Below, one piece after another: positions 20,859 through 30,933 of a DNA stretch of 64,000 nucleotides (positions are counted from its first letter, which is position 1; every line of letters begins with the position of its first letter). The translations under genes and the position numbers were made by a program. The notes under the pieces were generated by a model, which was not told the origin of the DNA, ran no database searches, and saw only the letters and a program-made list of their open reading frames with translations. This DNA is from Vulcanimicrobiota bacterium (lineage in GTDB: Bacteria; Vulcanimicrobiota; Vulcanimicrobiia; Vulcanimicrobiales; Vulcanimicrobiaceae): assembly GCA_963833095.1 (NCBI GenBank), contig CAWHWQ010000001.1:704001-768000 (forward strand). Reading direction: 5' to 3'.

Positions 20859-22074
20859 CGAGATTCATGATGATCTCTTCATGTCCGGCGTCGTAGGCCG
20901 CATCGTGCAGCCCGCTGGTCTGCGCGTCGAGCGGATCGACCGTCTCAAGTGTCTCGATCGAACCGCCGTCCTCGCGCTTGCGTTTGTAGCGCGCAGGCGA
21001 CGTCTGCGGCGCGCGCACCGAAGACTTCTCCTTCTCGCGGCGCGCACGGCGAGCCGCAACGATATCATCGCGCGAGGCGCGGCTGGCGGCCGTCTCGACG
21101 CGTGCCGGCCTTTGGCCGGACCCACTGAGCGATGTATGGAGCCTGCGCGCGGCCGCTTCGAGTTGGCGCTTGCGGAACCCGAGCACGAGCGGAGCGGAAA
21201 AGAAGATCGAGTGATAGCCGCCCGAGCAGATGCCGACGAGCAATGCGAAGGCGAAGTTCTTCAGGCTCGCGCCGCCAAGCGCTAGCAGAGCGACAAGCGT
21301 AATGATCACGGTCGCGAGGGTATTGAACGAACGTGTCATCGTCTGCTTGATCGATTCGTTCACGATCGTCTCATAGGGGATGCCGACCATGAGCTTGGTG
21401 TTCTCACGGATTCGGTCCAAAATGACGATCGTGTCCATGACCGAGTAGCCGATAACCGTCAGCACTGCGGCGAGGAACGCATCGTCGGCCGGACGATTGG
21501 CGAGGGCGTAAATGCCGATCATCATCGCTGCGTCGCGCACCAGCGCGATGACGGTCACGAGGCCGAAGATGTAATTCCAGCCGAAGCGGAACGCGATATA
21601 GATGAACTGGATACTCAGCGCAATGACCAACGCCCAGAGTGCGTCGCGCAAATACTCGCCGCCGAGCGTCGGGCCGATCGCGGTAATGCTGAGCTGGCTC
21701 GGGTCGATCGGCGCGGCCTTGTTCAGCGCATCTTTGAGCGGGACGGAATCGTTGGCAAACGAGGTCTGCGTCTCGATCGTGAAATGCTTGCCGTCGGTTC
21801 CGGCGGTGTTAATGCGCTCATCCGCGAGATTGAGCGGGGCGAGCGCGGCCGTGACCGCATCCGTGGTCACGGGTTGCGTGAACGCAACGTCGACTTCGGT
21901 ACCACCCGTGAAGGTGAGCCCTAAACGCAGCATCTGTTTCGGCTGGAAACCGTGCCCGCCTTCGAAGCCGTGATAGATCATCGCGCCAAAACCAATCGCG
22001 ATGATGAGATACGAGATCGCCGAAACGGTGCGGAACCAGCCGACGATATTCCAGTTGAGCTTGCGGAAAAACAT
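20803..22074 (-). CDS. secF: Protein translocase subunit SecF with long charged C-terminal tail
   Basis: LGLTFTGGT, IGPTLG, IGYSVMDTIVILDRIREN. Confidence 0.95.
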   Translation of the reverse strand: MFFRKLNWNIVGWFRTVSAISYLIIAIGFGAMIYHGFEGGHGFQPKQMLRLGLTFTGGTEVDVAFTQPVTTDAVTAALAPLNLADERINTAGTDGKHFTIETQTSFANDSVPLKDALNKAAPIDPSQLSITAIGPTLGGEYLRDALWALVIALSIQFIYIAFRFGWNYIFGLVTVIALVRDAAMMIGIYALANRPADDAFLAAVLTVIGYSVMDTIVILDRIRENTKLMVGIPYETIVNESIKQTMTRSFNTLATVIITLVALLALGGASLKNFAFALLVGICSGGYHSIFFSAPLVLGFRKRQLEAAARRLHTSLSGSGQRPARVETAASRASRDDIVAARRARREKEKSSVRAPQTSPARYKRKREDGGSIETLETVDPLDAQTSGLHDAAYDAGHEEIIMNLDEFDAPVPEHEPDGAHQE

Positions 22075-22077
22075 GAT

Positions 22078-23457
22078 TTACGCCTGCGCCCCCGTCGTCT
22101 TGGCAAAGATGCCAACGTCTTCGGACTTGACGCCGTAGAACTCGGGAGCACTCAGAAGATTGTTATCGACGAGCACGTCGACAAAGAATCGGGTGATAAA
22201 GACGGCTGTGACCAACGAGACCACGGTGCCCCAGAAGAGCGTGAACGCGAAGCCCTTCACCGTGCCGGTGCCGAGCATGAAGAGCACGCCGGCGCCGACG
22301 ATCGTGGTGAAGTGGCTGTCGAAGACCGCCGAGAACGCGCGGGAGAATCCGACGCGTACCGAAGCGCGCATCGTCTTGCCGTTCCACAGCTCTTCTTTGA
22401 TACGTTCGAAGATCAGGACGTTGGCGTCGACCGCCATACCGATCGAGAGGACGAAACCGGCGATGCCGGGCAGTGTCAGCGTCGCGTGCGAGAGCGCCAG
22501 AATCCCAAGCATTACGATCACGTAGATCACCAGCGCGAGGTCAGCCAAGAGGCCGGGCAGGCGATAGACGGCGATCATAAAGAGCAGCACGAGGCCTAGG
22601 CCCAGCATCGACGCTTTTAGCGATTGGACCAAGTCGATTTTTCCGAGCGTCGGGCCGATCGACTCTTTCTCGATGATCGTGATCGAGGCAGGCAGCGCCC
22701 CGGCATTGAGTTCGTTAGCGAGCGTGGTCGTTTGCTCTTGCGTGAATTGGCCGGTAATCTCGCCGCTGTCCGAGATCTCGCCGATGATCGTCGCAGCTGA
22801 AACGTAACGTTCATCGAGAAAAATGGCGAGCAGTTTTCCTATATTCTTGTGGGTCAGCTCTGCGAACTTCGACGGGTCCTTCGTTTGAAAGGTGATGTTT
22901 GGGTTGCCGGATTGATCGTAGCTGGCCTGCGCGCCTTTGAGTTCTTTGCCGGTGTACACGACCGCACCGCTCGCGTCGTACGCGCCGTGTTCCACGTATG
23001 CTTGCGCCGCGGCACGCTGCTTCGCGGTCACACCGGGAACCTTGGGATTGTTGACGACCGACAACGCCTGTTCGGCCTTCGCGCTGACGTCCGGCGGCAT
23101 GATCTTATAGGTCAGCACCGCGACCTGTTTGATCAGTTGCTCGGCCTCATCGGGATTTTTGAGATTTGGAATCTCGACCAGAAGCCGGTCACTGCCGACA
23201 TTGCTGATCTCGGGCTCCGTGACGCCTAGCGAATTGATGCGTTGGTCGATGACCTGTCGCGTCTGCGCTTGGATATCCGATGTGATTGGACCCGATGCCG
23301 CCGTTGGCGAGAGCTGAAGCAACAGGCGCGAGCCGCCCTGAAGGTCGAGCCCGAGATGAATCTTCTGATCGATCGGCAGGCATGCCCACAACGAATAAGC
23401 GACCACGCCGGCGATCACCAGCGCTTTGACAAACGGTTTAAAAGTGTTCCAGCTCAT
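22078..23457 (-). CDS. secD: Protein translocase subunit SecD
   Basis: LGLDLQGG, RINSLGVTEP, GMAVDANVLIFERIKEE. Confidence 0.96.
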   Translation of the reverse strand: MSWNTFKPFVKALVIAGVVAYSLWACLPIDQKIHLGLDLQGGSRLLLQLSPTAASGPITSDIQAQTRQVIDQRINSLGVTEPEISNVGSDRLLVEIPNLKNPDEAEQLIKQVAVLTYKIMPPDVSAKAEQALSVVNNPKVPGVTAKQRAAAQAYVEHGAYDASGAVVYTGKELKGAQASYDQSGNPNITFQTKDPSKFAELTHKNIGKLLAIFLDERYVSAATIIGEISDSGEITGQFTQEQTTTLANELNAGALPASITIIEKESIGPTLGKIDLVQSLKASMLGLGLVLLFMIAVYRLPGLLADLALVIYVIVMLGILALSHATLTLPGIAGFVLSIGMAVDANVLIFERIKEELWNGKTMRASVRVGFSRAFSAVFDSHFTTIVGAGVLFMLGTGTVKGFAFTLFWGTVVSLVTAVFITRFFVDVLVDNNLLSAPEFYGVKSEDVGIFAKTTGAQA

Positions 23458-23529
23458 GCGGCTTTCGACGGTGGTCCCAAAGAAAGGGCCCAGGCAGGGC
23501 GCCGGGGCCGGGAGGTCTTTAACCTAGAG

Positions 23530-23558
23530 ACTGTATCAGCCTCCCGCGCCCTCGTCAA
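23530..23558 (-). promoter_or_regulatory. Sigma70-type promoter for secDF
   Basis: TTGACG-N17-TACAGT on the minus strand between flhA and secD. Confidence 0.6.
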
Positions 23559-23587
23559 AGGAGGGCTCCCTGTCAAAGAAAGTGCGG

Positions 23588-25627
23588 CTACGAAACGTAA
23601 GCCCGGGCCCCGATCATGCCCGCCGGCGCGAGCGGCATTTCGGGCGGCAGCTCCGCATAGCTGAGCACGTCGGCGCGAATACCCGAGCGTACCAAGAGAT
23701 CGGACAGCACGGGGCGCAGCGATGCGCTGCAGAGCAGCGCCGAGCGATCGCGCGGAACGCGCGCAATATAAGCGGCAACCTCGTCGCGCAAGTCGAGTGC
23801 ACGCTTCGGATCAGGCGCAAGCTCGGCGCCGTATCCGACCCATTGGCGCACGAGGTCACGATCGTACTCGGCGTCGATCACCAGCGGTTCGAGACATTCG
23901 ATTCCTCGTCTGCGCAGAAGATCCGGAAGAATCGCGCGCCGCGCCACTTCAGCGAGCTCGCGCGGATCGCGCGAGGGCGACTCGAGCATCGCCTGCAGCA
24001 CGGTGACCGGATCGCGGGGCCACGCCTGCTCTCGCAACAAATGGCCGAAGGCTTTGTGCAATGTGCCGAGCGGAAATGCATCGGTGCCGACATCGCGAAT
24101 CAGCGCCGGCATGGTCGCGCGTAAGTGCTCGAGCAGCGTCTGCAGCTCTTGGCGCCCAAGCAATTCGCCCGCGTGACGACGCACCGTCTCGGCAACGTGC
24201 GAACCGATGATCGAGATCGGATCAAATACCAGCGCGCCGGCCGACGCGGTGCGCTCGCGATCGTTCGGATCGATCCATGCAGCCGGCAATCCATACACGG
24301 GTTCCGCTTCGACGCGCAACCCGAGCCGAGAGAGGACCTCCGCATCGGCGACAGCCATCACGCGAGCGAGGTCGAGGCGTCCGTCGGCAACAATCCGGTC
24401 GCGCACACGAATCGCATACGTCTGCGGATCGCGTGCAAGATCGTCGCGCAGACGCACGCCGGGAAGCACCAGGCCGATCTCACCCGCAAGCGCGCGGCGC
24501 ACCTCACCAATACGATCCAGCAGCGCGTCGGAAAGCGGCGGTACCAGGAGATGGGCTAGATCCGCGCCGACCTCGATCGACATCGCGTCGACGCCGACCA
24601 AGCTCAGCGCGAGTTCGGGGCGGCGCAAGGCCTGACGCTTCGCGCGGTCGCTCGCACTACGCGACTGATCGTCGAGCATGCGCCTCTTCCGTACGGCAAC
24701 CTGCGCGAGAACGAACGCGCATGCGCCGAGAACTAGGAATACACCGCGCGGTAGCGCGGGCACGAACGACAGCACGAGCAGCAGGGCTCCGGCACTGCGC
24801 AGCACATCCGGCCGGGCGAAAAGCTGGGCCGCCAAGTCTGCGCCGAGGGCCCCGTCGGAGGCGACGCGCGTGACCATCATGCCCATCGCAGTTGAAATCA
24901 GAAACGCCGGCAACGTCGTCACCAGCGCATTGCCGATCGAAAGCAGCGCATAGGTATTGACCGCATCGAGCGGTGACAGGCCGTGATAGGCAATTCCTAC
25001 CACAATACCACCGGCAAGATTGAGCGCCACGATGACGAGCGCTGCCAGCGCGTCGCCTTTGACGAATTTTCCGGCCCCGTCCATTGCGCCATAAAAGTCA
25101 GCCTCGCGCTGCACCCCCGCGCGTTTGCGGCGCGCGCCCTCGGCATCGAGTGCGCCGGCGTGCACATCGGCGTCGATCGCCATCTGCTTGCCCGGCATGG
25201 CATCGAGCGTGAAGCGCGCAGCGACCTCGGCGACACGTTGCGACCCGCTTGCGATAACGATGAACTGAATCGTGATCAAAATTGCAAAGATGATCAGCCC
25301 AACGACCAAATTTCCATGCACGACGAACGCGCCGAATGCCGGAATGATCGATCCGACCGCGCCCGGTATTGCACCTTGCGTGAGGATGAGGCGTGTCGCC
25401 GAGACATCGAGCGAAAGACGAAAGAGCGTCGCGACCAGCAGTGCCGGCGCGAACGCCGAGAACTCGAGTGGGTCCTCGATCGTCACCGCCAGCAGAAGCA
25501 CCAGCGCCGACCCGAAGATGTTGATACCCAGGAGCACATCGAGTAGTGCCGGCGGCAACGGGACGATCAGAATGCCGACGATCGCAAGCAGAACTCCGGC
25601 AAAGGCATAGACCGGTAGCCGCGTCAC
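23588..25627 (-). CDS. flhA: Type III/flagellar export gate protein FlhA
   Basis: RVAEVAARFTLDAMPGKQMAIDAD, FYGAMDGAGKFVKGD, VLSYAEL. Confidence 0.95.
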   Translation of the reverse strand: MTRLPVYAFAGVLLAIVGILIVPLPPALLDVLLGINIFGSALVLLLAVTIEDPLEFSAFAPALLVATLFRLSLDVSATRLILTQGAIPGAVGSIIPAFGAFVVHGNLVVGLIIFAILITIQFIVIASGSQRVAEVAARFTLDAMPGKQMAIDADVHAGALDAEGARRKRAGVQREADFYGAMDGAGKFVKGDALAALVIVALNLAGGIVVGIAYHGLSPLDAVNTYALLSIGNALVTTLPAFLISTAMGMMVTRVASDGALGADLAAQLFARPDVLRSAGALLLVLSFVPALPRGVFLVLGACAFVLAQVAVRKRRMLDDQSRSASDRAKRQALRRPELALSLVGVDAMSIEVGADLAHLLVPPLSDALLDRIGEVRRALAGEIGLVLPGVRLRDDLARDPQTYAIRVRDRIVADGRLDLARVMAVADAEVLSRLGLRVEAEPVYGLPAAWIDPNDRERTASAGALVFDPISIIGSHVAETVRRHAGELLGRQELQTLLEHLRATMPALIRDVGTDAFPLGTLHKAFGHLLREQAWPRDPVTVLQAMLESPSRDPRELAEVARRAILPDLLRRRGIECLEPLVIDAEYDRDLVRQWVGYGAELAPDPKRALDLRDEVAAYIARVPRDRSALLCSASLRPVLSDLLVRSGIRADVLSYAELPPEMPLAPAGMIGARAYVS

Positions 25628-26652
25628 GTGGGGAGCCGCTCCCCAAGCGCTCGGCTGCGGATGAGCGATGCCACGACCTCTGCCACTGCGACGTAATGCT
25701 CATGCGCGATCGGATCACCGACGGCGCCGTCGCGATAGAGCGCGCGCGCCAAGTACACGTTTTCGATCACCGGTACGCCGTATTGCGCAGCCGCTTCTCG
25801 CACGCGTAACGCCATCTCGTCAGCCGCGCGAACCAACACCGTCGGCACCGGCACCTGCGGCGGGCGATAGTCCAGCGCGACGGCAACGTGCGTCGGATTG
25901 ACGACCACGAACGCCGCGTCTTTGACGCGCGCGAGCGCGCCCCGCATCAGATTGCGATGCAACGCCTTGCGGCGGCTTCGAGCGAGAGGATCGCCGTCGC
26001 TCTCTTTCAATTCTCGCCGCAGCTCGGCCAAACTCATGCGCAGCTTACGCAGCCATGCGCGCCGCGCCACGGCGAACTCCGCTATCGCAAAGAGCAATCC
26101 CACGGCGACCGCCGCAAACACAACATGCGTTGCACCGTCCCAAGCGATCTGCGCCGTGCTCAATGGCGGTAGCGCAACCGTCGCCGCGCTCACCAGTTGG
26201 CGCAGCGTGGGCACCATCGCGATCGACGCCAGGAAGAAGGCGACGAGCGCGCGCGCTCCGTGCAGGGCGGCTTCTCGTGAAATCATGCGCTTGATGCCTT
26301 CAACCGGGGCCAGCCGCTCGAATTTGAGCGACGGCGCCACGAACACGAAACCTCCGCCTTGCATGATGCCACCCAGCGTGCCGGCTACCGCGCCGGCGGC
26401 CATCGGCACCAGCGCAAGCGCTATCATCGCGACGCAGAGTGCCACCGGCGCCCCGCCGCGCGCGGCAACGGTCAACGCAGCGCGATCAAGTGCGCCAATC
26501 GGCGCCGCCGCAGCAAGCATCGCAAGCACAGCTGCTGCGAACGCGAGATTCGCACCGAACTCTTGTGCGCGCGGAAGATTGCCTTCTCGCCGCGCTTTAG
26601 CAATCCGTGATGGCGGCGCATCGAAGCTCTTCTCGCTGCTATCGGCGCTCAC
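25624..26652 (-). CDS. flhB: Export switch protein FlhB
   Basis: SEKSFDAPPSRIAKARREG, ELKESDGDP, NPTH autocleavage motif; GTG 26652 overlaps fliR stop. Confidence 0.93.
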   Translation of the reverse strand: MSADSSEKSFDAPPSRIAKARREGNLPRAQEFGANLAFAAAVLAMLAAAAPIGALDRAALTVAARGGAPVALCVAMIALALVPMAAGAVAGTLGGIMQGGGFVFVAPSLKFERLAPVEGIKRMISREAALHGARALVAFFLASIAMVPTLRQLVSAATVALPPLSTAQIAWDGATHVVFAAVAVGLLFAIAEFAVARRAWLRKLRMSLAELRRELKESDGDPLARSRRKALHRNLMRGALARVKDAAFVVVNPTHVAVALDYRPPQVPVPTVLVRAADEMALRVREAAAQYGVPVIENVYLARALYRDGAVGDPIAHEHYVAVAEVVASLIRSRALGERLPT

Positions 26653-27362
26653 GGTGTATTTCCCGGATAGAGCAACAACGGATGGGCCGCGCGCGCGGCT
26701 AAGAGTGGGAGCGACACCGCCGTAACGAGTAAGACTGCGCCGAAGACCAGCGGAAACGAGAGCAAGAATCCGGAGAACCGAGGGACCGCGCGCGAGAGGG
26801 CCGCAAGGGCAATCTGCACGACGAAAGCCAGCGCAATTGCCGGCGCAGCGACGGCCAACGCCACCAACACGATCGTGCCGGCAAGCGCTGCCGCAAACGG
26901 AAGCCACGCATGTGGATCGAAAGGCGCTCCCGGCGCTACCCGCACGAAACTCTGCGAAAACGCAAGCAGCGTTACCCGATAGGAGCCGAACAGAAAATAT
27001 CCGCCGGTAAACGCAATCGACCAGACGCGGCCGAACCCGCTTGGTGCGACCAACTGCACGCTCGGCGCGATCGCCTTGACGCCGACGTAATCGTCGAGCA
27101 TGCGCCCACCCGCGTATGCGCCGTCATAGAGCAGTGAGGCGCCCATGCCGATCGCGCAGCCGAGTAAGAATTCGACAACAAGTCCAATGAGGAGCATGAG
27201 TCCGTCGAAATGCACCTCGCGCAATCCCGGTGCGATCGCCACCGTGAGCAAAAGCGCGATTCCCGCGCGCAGCGTATGCGGCACGCTCGGATGCGAAAAG
27301 CCGGGCGCACGCGCAGCGAATCCCGCGCTGCGCGCAAAGACCAGCAGCGCGGTGGCCGTCAC
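26649..27362 (-). CDS. fliR: Export apparatus protein FliR
   Basis: FARSAG..APGFS, ALSRAVP..LSFP; multi-TM; lies between fliQ and flhB; GTG 27362. Confidence 0.88.
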   Translation of the reverse strand: MTATALLVFARSAGFAARAPGFSHPSVPHTLRAGIALLLTVAIAPGLREVHFDGLMLLIGLVVEFLLGCAIGMGASLLYDGAYAGGRMLDDYVGVKAIAPSVQLVAPSGFGRVWSIAFTGGYFLFGSYRVTLLAFSQSFVRVAPGAPFDPHAWLPFAAALAGTIVLVALAVAAPAIALAFVVQIALAALSRAVPRFSGFLLSFPLVFGAVLLVTAVSLPLLAARAAHPLLLYPGNTP

Positions 27363-27628
27363 GATCCGTACACCAGCGCCGGAATCGCGGCCAGCGCGTC
27401 GTTGAAGAGCTGCGCGCACGCGTGCATTCCGAAAGCGCCAAAAAGCGCGACGGTCACTCCGACGGCGATGACCTTGGGCAAGAGCGTGAGCGTTTGCTCT
27501 TGAACTTGGGTTGCGGCCTGCACGATCGCGACCGACGTGCCGACAAGTGCGGCGATCGCAAGCACCGGTATGCACAAGATTGCGGCTAGCACCATCGTCT
27601 CGCGCAACAACGCATCGAACGCGCCCAT
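27359..27628 (-). CDS. fliQ: Export apparatus protein FliQ
   Basis: 89 aa, QAATQVQEQTLTLLPK. Confidence 0.95.
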   Translation of the reverse strand: MGAFDALLRETMVLAAILCIPVLAIAALVGTSVAIVQAATQVQEQTLTLLPKVIAVGVTVALFGAFGMHACAQLFNDALAAIPALVYGS

Positions 27629-27682
27629 GGGCCGACGGTACGAGGGGCGCGTTACCTCAATGTTGCCGGAAGTTGTGCAGCG

Positions 27683-28348
27683 CTAGCGCACGAGAGCAAA
27701 GGCGAGGCCGTCGTAGCCCTTGTGCCCGACCGTCTGTAGCGCGGTGGCTTCCAGCCGCGGCTCTGCCGCAAGGAGTTCCAGCGCGCGCTTCGTGCCTGCG
27801 ACCATCGGGTCGCGGTTGGACGGATCGATGATCGCTCCATCGCGCACGACGTTGTCGAGAACGATCAGCGTGCCGGGGCGCGACAACTCGAGCGCGCGCC
27901 GAATGTAGTTGGCATTATTCTCTTTGTCAGCGTCGATGAAGAACATATCGAACGATTCAGCGCCCGACGCGATGAGCCGATCCAGCGTCTGCAACGCCGG
28001 CCCGAGTTCGACGGTCGCAATGGTATCTAATAGTGCTGCAGCCAGATTCGCGCGGGCGACCGCGGCATGCTCGGGATCGATTTCGAGCGTGATCAGCTTG
28101 CCGTCTTGGGGGAGAGCACGCGCGAGCCAGATCGCACTGTAGCCGCCAAGCGTCCCTATTTCGAGAATCCGGCGCGCTGCTTGCATACGCGCGAGCAGAT
28201 AGAGGAGCTTTCCTTGCACGGCCGAGACGGCGATCGGGGGCAGCCCAGCCGCGGCACTCGTATCAAGCGCGTGGGTAAGATCGGAGTCCTCGCCCACGAA
28301 CAGTGTAGAAAGATAGTCGTCGACTTTCTCGGCGCGATCGGTCGTCAT
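27683..28348 (-). CDS. O-methyltransferase (caffeoyl-CoA OMT-like)
   Basis: LEIGTLGGYS, FIDADK, LDNVVR, KGYDG. Confidence 0.92.
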   Translation of the reverse strand: MTTDRAEKVDDYLSTLFVGEDSDLTHALDTSAAAGLPPIAVSAVQGKLLYLLARMQAARRILEIGTLGGYSAIWLARALPQDGKLITLEIDPEHAAVARANLAAALLDTIATVELGPALQTLDRLIASGAESFDMFFIDADKENNANYIRRALELSRPGTLIVLDNVVRDGAIIDPSNRDPMVAGTKRALELLAAEPRLEATALQTVGHKGYDGLAFALVR

Positions 28349-29244
28349 CGTACAACTCCAAAGCTGGGACGCCAGGCGCTTCCCGCGATCAACGCCGAAA
28401 CGATGGCGCGCGTCGCCGGCGAGCGGTTGAGCGTATAAAAGTGAATTCCCGGCGCGCCCTGCCCAAGAAGCTCGGTCGCCTGCAAGGCCGCGTAGGCGAC
28501 GCCTAAGTCTTCCACCGCTTTGGGATCCTCGCGCCGCAATTCGAGTTCGCGCAGGAGCTTAGGCGGAATCGACGCGCCGATGCTGTTGGTAAAGCGCGTC
28601 ACCTGCGACGCGTTGGTAATCGGCATGAGGCCCGGAATCACCGGCACGCCAATGCCGATCGCGCGCGCTTGCGCGGCGAATTCGCCGAAACGGTCATTGT
28701 CGAAAAACAATTGGGTAATGAGGAAATCCGCGCCCGCATCGACCTTCTCTTTGCAATGCTGTAGGTCGGCATCCGGGCTTGAGGCCTCCTTGTGCGTCTC
28801 GGGGTAGCACGCAGCACCGATGCAGAAGTCGTAGTTGCGGCGCAGCATCGCGATCAGATCGCTCGCATGAGCAAACCCGCCGGCCGGTGCTTCAAACGAC
28901 GCCGCTCCCTTGGGCGCATCGCCGCGAAGAGCGAGAACATTCTCAATCCCACCCCGCGCAAGATCGTCAAAGAGCGCGCGCAGTTCCGCGCGCGTCGAGC
29001 CGACACAGGTCACGTGCGCCATTACGGTAACGCCGATGTCGCGTTGAATCTGTTTGGCCAGCGCCACCGTCCGCTCGCGCGACGAGCCGCCGGCACCGTA
29101 GGTGATCGAGACGAAGGCCGGGCGCAGCGGAGCGAGTAATTCGATCGTGCGAAGAAGCGCGCGCGATCCTTCGTCGTCCTTGGGCGGAAAGAACTCAAAC
29201 GAGAAGAACGGCCGTTGTGTCGCTAGGGCATCCGATATACGCAC
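28345..29244 (-). CDS. metF: 5,10-methylenetetrahydrofolate reductase
   Basis: SFEFFPPK, TYGAGGS, LALRGD, ITQLFFD, HFYTLN. Confidence 0.96.
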   Translation of the reverse strand: MRISDALATQRPFFSFEFFPPKDDEGSRALLRTIELLAPLRPAFVSITYGAGGSSRERTVALAKQIQRDIGVTVMAHVTCVGSTRAELRALFDDLARGGIENVLALRGDAPKGAASFEAPAGGFAHASDLIAMLRRNYDFCIGAACYPETHKEASSPDADLQHCKEKVDAGADFLITQLFFDNDRFGEFAAQARAIGIGVPVIPGLMPITNASQVTRFTNSIGASIPPKLLRELELRREDPKAVEDLGVAYAALQATELLGQGAPGIHFYTLNRSPATRAIVSALIAGSAWRPSFGVVR

Positions 29245-29298
29245 GATTGCCGTAGGCTTATCTAAAGCTGGCGGCGACGCCTCCGCGAAGCCAAGCGT

Positions 29299-29646
29299 TC
29301 AGACGGTCCATGTCCAGTCGATCGGGTAGTTGAAAATCGGGGTGAATGTCACGCCGACCGCCTCCATATCCCTGCGGCCGTCGACGACCATCTCCTTGAG
29401 CCCGTCCAGCTGCGCCGCATGCTCGTCGGAGTCCCAGACGCTAACCTGCACGATCGAGCCCTTCGGCGAGACGCCCGCATAAAAATGAATGAGCCCCGAG
29501 AGCCGCCTGATCGCCGGGATGATGTACTCCGAGGTCTTCTTGCTCATGGCGTCGACCTCGGCGAACCGGCTCGGGTCGAAGCTGGCGCGCGAGACGCGGA
29601 CGACGGCGGCTGCCGGCAGTGATTCGGTTATGGTGATTCTTTCCAT
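29299..29646 (-). CDS. Small ABM/dimeric alpha-beta barrel-like protein
   Basis: 115 aa; IPAIRRLSGL..VSVWDSDEHA pattern typical of ABM-like proteins. Confidence 0.6.
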   Translation of the reverse strand: MERITITESLPAAAVVRVSRASFDPSRFAEVDAMSKKTSEYIIPAIRRLSGLIHFYAGVSPKGSIVQVSVWDSDEHAAQLDGLKEMVVDGRRDMEAVGVTFTPIFNYPIDWTWTV

Positions 29647-29695
29647 CGTGATCCTTTGTCTCGGTCATTACATCACGAGTGCCATCATAATATAA

Positions 29696-30184
29696 TTAAG
29701 GCGTGCATGAAGCCGACTGAGGAAAACTTTTCTCATCCACGGAGTGTGTGCAAATGGAGGCGATCAGCATTGCCGTGCGCTTATCCGGTAGTCGCGAAGC
29801 AAATCGATACGGCAATAAGCAGAGCGATGCTACGCGCACGTCCTGCCCGATGTACCCAACACGGTTACGCGATCCGTCATATGTCAGCGTTTGCGTGAAC
29901 CAAACCTTCCCGTCGTCTGCCGCAGCGAGGGCCAGTATCTGCTCGTCAATACCGGCAACCTGGTAGACGTGCAGGGTTCCGTCGGCGCGAAGCTCGCCGA
30001 TTCGCGTTCCCGCCTGCTGCGCAAACCAGACGTCGTTCTTTCGATCGACGGTTATCGGTCCCGGTACTAGCTCCACGGCGGGCAGCGCATATTGATGGAT
30101 CGGGAACCCACTCGTGGTCGAGATTCGCGCGGCGTTCATAATGATCGTGGCCAGCAATCCGAGGAACAGCGAAAGAGCACCCAT
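29696..30184 (-). pseudogene. Truncated Vgb-like (virginiamycin B lyase) beta-propeller
   Basis: Signal peptide plus only about 2 blades (ITVDRKNDVWF..RIG; AADDGKVWFT..RVGYI), followed by a tail that loses the repeat pattern. Confidence 0.55.
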
Positions 30185-30199
30185 CTTTTTCGGTCGTCC

Positions 30200-30547
30200 C
30201 TACGCGGCACGGCGAGCCTTTTTCGCCGTGATGTGTAAGCTGCCCGATCCCTTCGTGTATCGCACGCGAACACGAATATCGACATCGGCCCCGAGCTTAG
30301 AGAGTAACTGCGATAGTCGCGGGAGCGAAAAACCCCAGATGCGGCAGTTGACGATCTTCGAGACGTCCGCCTGAGAGACGCCAAGGCGCTTTGCCGCCTC
30401 TCGCTGCGTAAGGCCTTGGGTTTCGACCAGCCGACGAATCTCCAACGCAAGGAATGACTTAGCGTCTAACTCCTCCTGGTCGGGCTCCCCGTCCCAAGCG
30501 CTAGCTGTCACGACGCCCGTCATCACCTCATCGACCTTCTTTTTCAT
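30200..30547 (-). CDS. XRE/HigA-type antitoxin
   Basis: GLTQREAAKRLGVSQADVSKI..FSLPRL; ATG 30547 overlaps toxin. Confidence 0.85.
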   Translation of the reverse strand: MKKKVDEVMTGVVTASAWDGEPDQEELDAKSFLALEIRRLVETQGLTQREAAKRLGVSQADVSKIVNCRIWGFSLPRLSQLLSKLGADVDIRVRVRYTKGSGSLHITAKKARRAA

Positions 30548-30869
30548 GGTTGCGCGACCATGCGAGCCGACGGCGGATGAGATCGAGCTCCGCCTTCGGC
30601 GTCTCGATGCCACGTTTGCTTTTCTTTTGGAAGAAGTGGAGGGCATAGATTAACTCGCTTGCGGCGTAATAGATTCCTCGAAATGTACCTTCCCGACTGC
30701 GGGCGATGATTTCCGTAGCGTCTCGGAGGTCGCCTTTCATCCGCTTCGCAGCACTCCTCGTTGCTCCGCTCTGCGCGATGATAAGAGCAGCACGAATATC
30801 ATGTCGCGGATCGGAAGGTATAGCTGCGAGCTCTTTTCTGGAACCGCCGACCCAATAGATCGGCTTCAT
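30528..30869 (-). CDS. RelE/HigB (Gp49-like) toxin
   Basis: MKPIYWVGGSRKEL..GTFRGIY..IYALHFFQKKSKRGIETPKAELDLIRRRL; toxin-first order. Confidence 0.88.
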   Translation of the reverse strand: MKPIYWVGGSRKELAAIPSDPRHDIRAALIIAQSGATRSAAKRMKGDLRDATEIIARSREGTFRGIYYAASELIYALHFFQKKSKRGIETPKAELDLIRRRLAWSRNHEKEGR

Positions 30870-30880
30870 CCGAACCTAAC

Positions 30881-30910
30881 GATGATAGTCTTTCTACCAT
30901 CACGCGTCAA
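30881..30910 (-). promoter_or_regulatory. TA operon promoter with overlapping imperfect palindrome
   Basis: TTGACG-N17-TATCAT; GATGATAG-N5-CTACCATC inverted repeat 30881-30901 (likely antitoxin operator). Confidence 0.7.
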
Positions 30911-30933
30911 GAACGCCGGGACAGCTGCGTTCA

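Noticed and set aside
29245..29298. Possible SAM/SAH riboswitch upstream of metF
   Set aside because: Only 54 nt and no recognisable aptamer consensus
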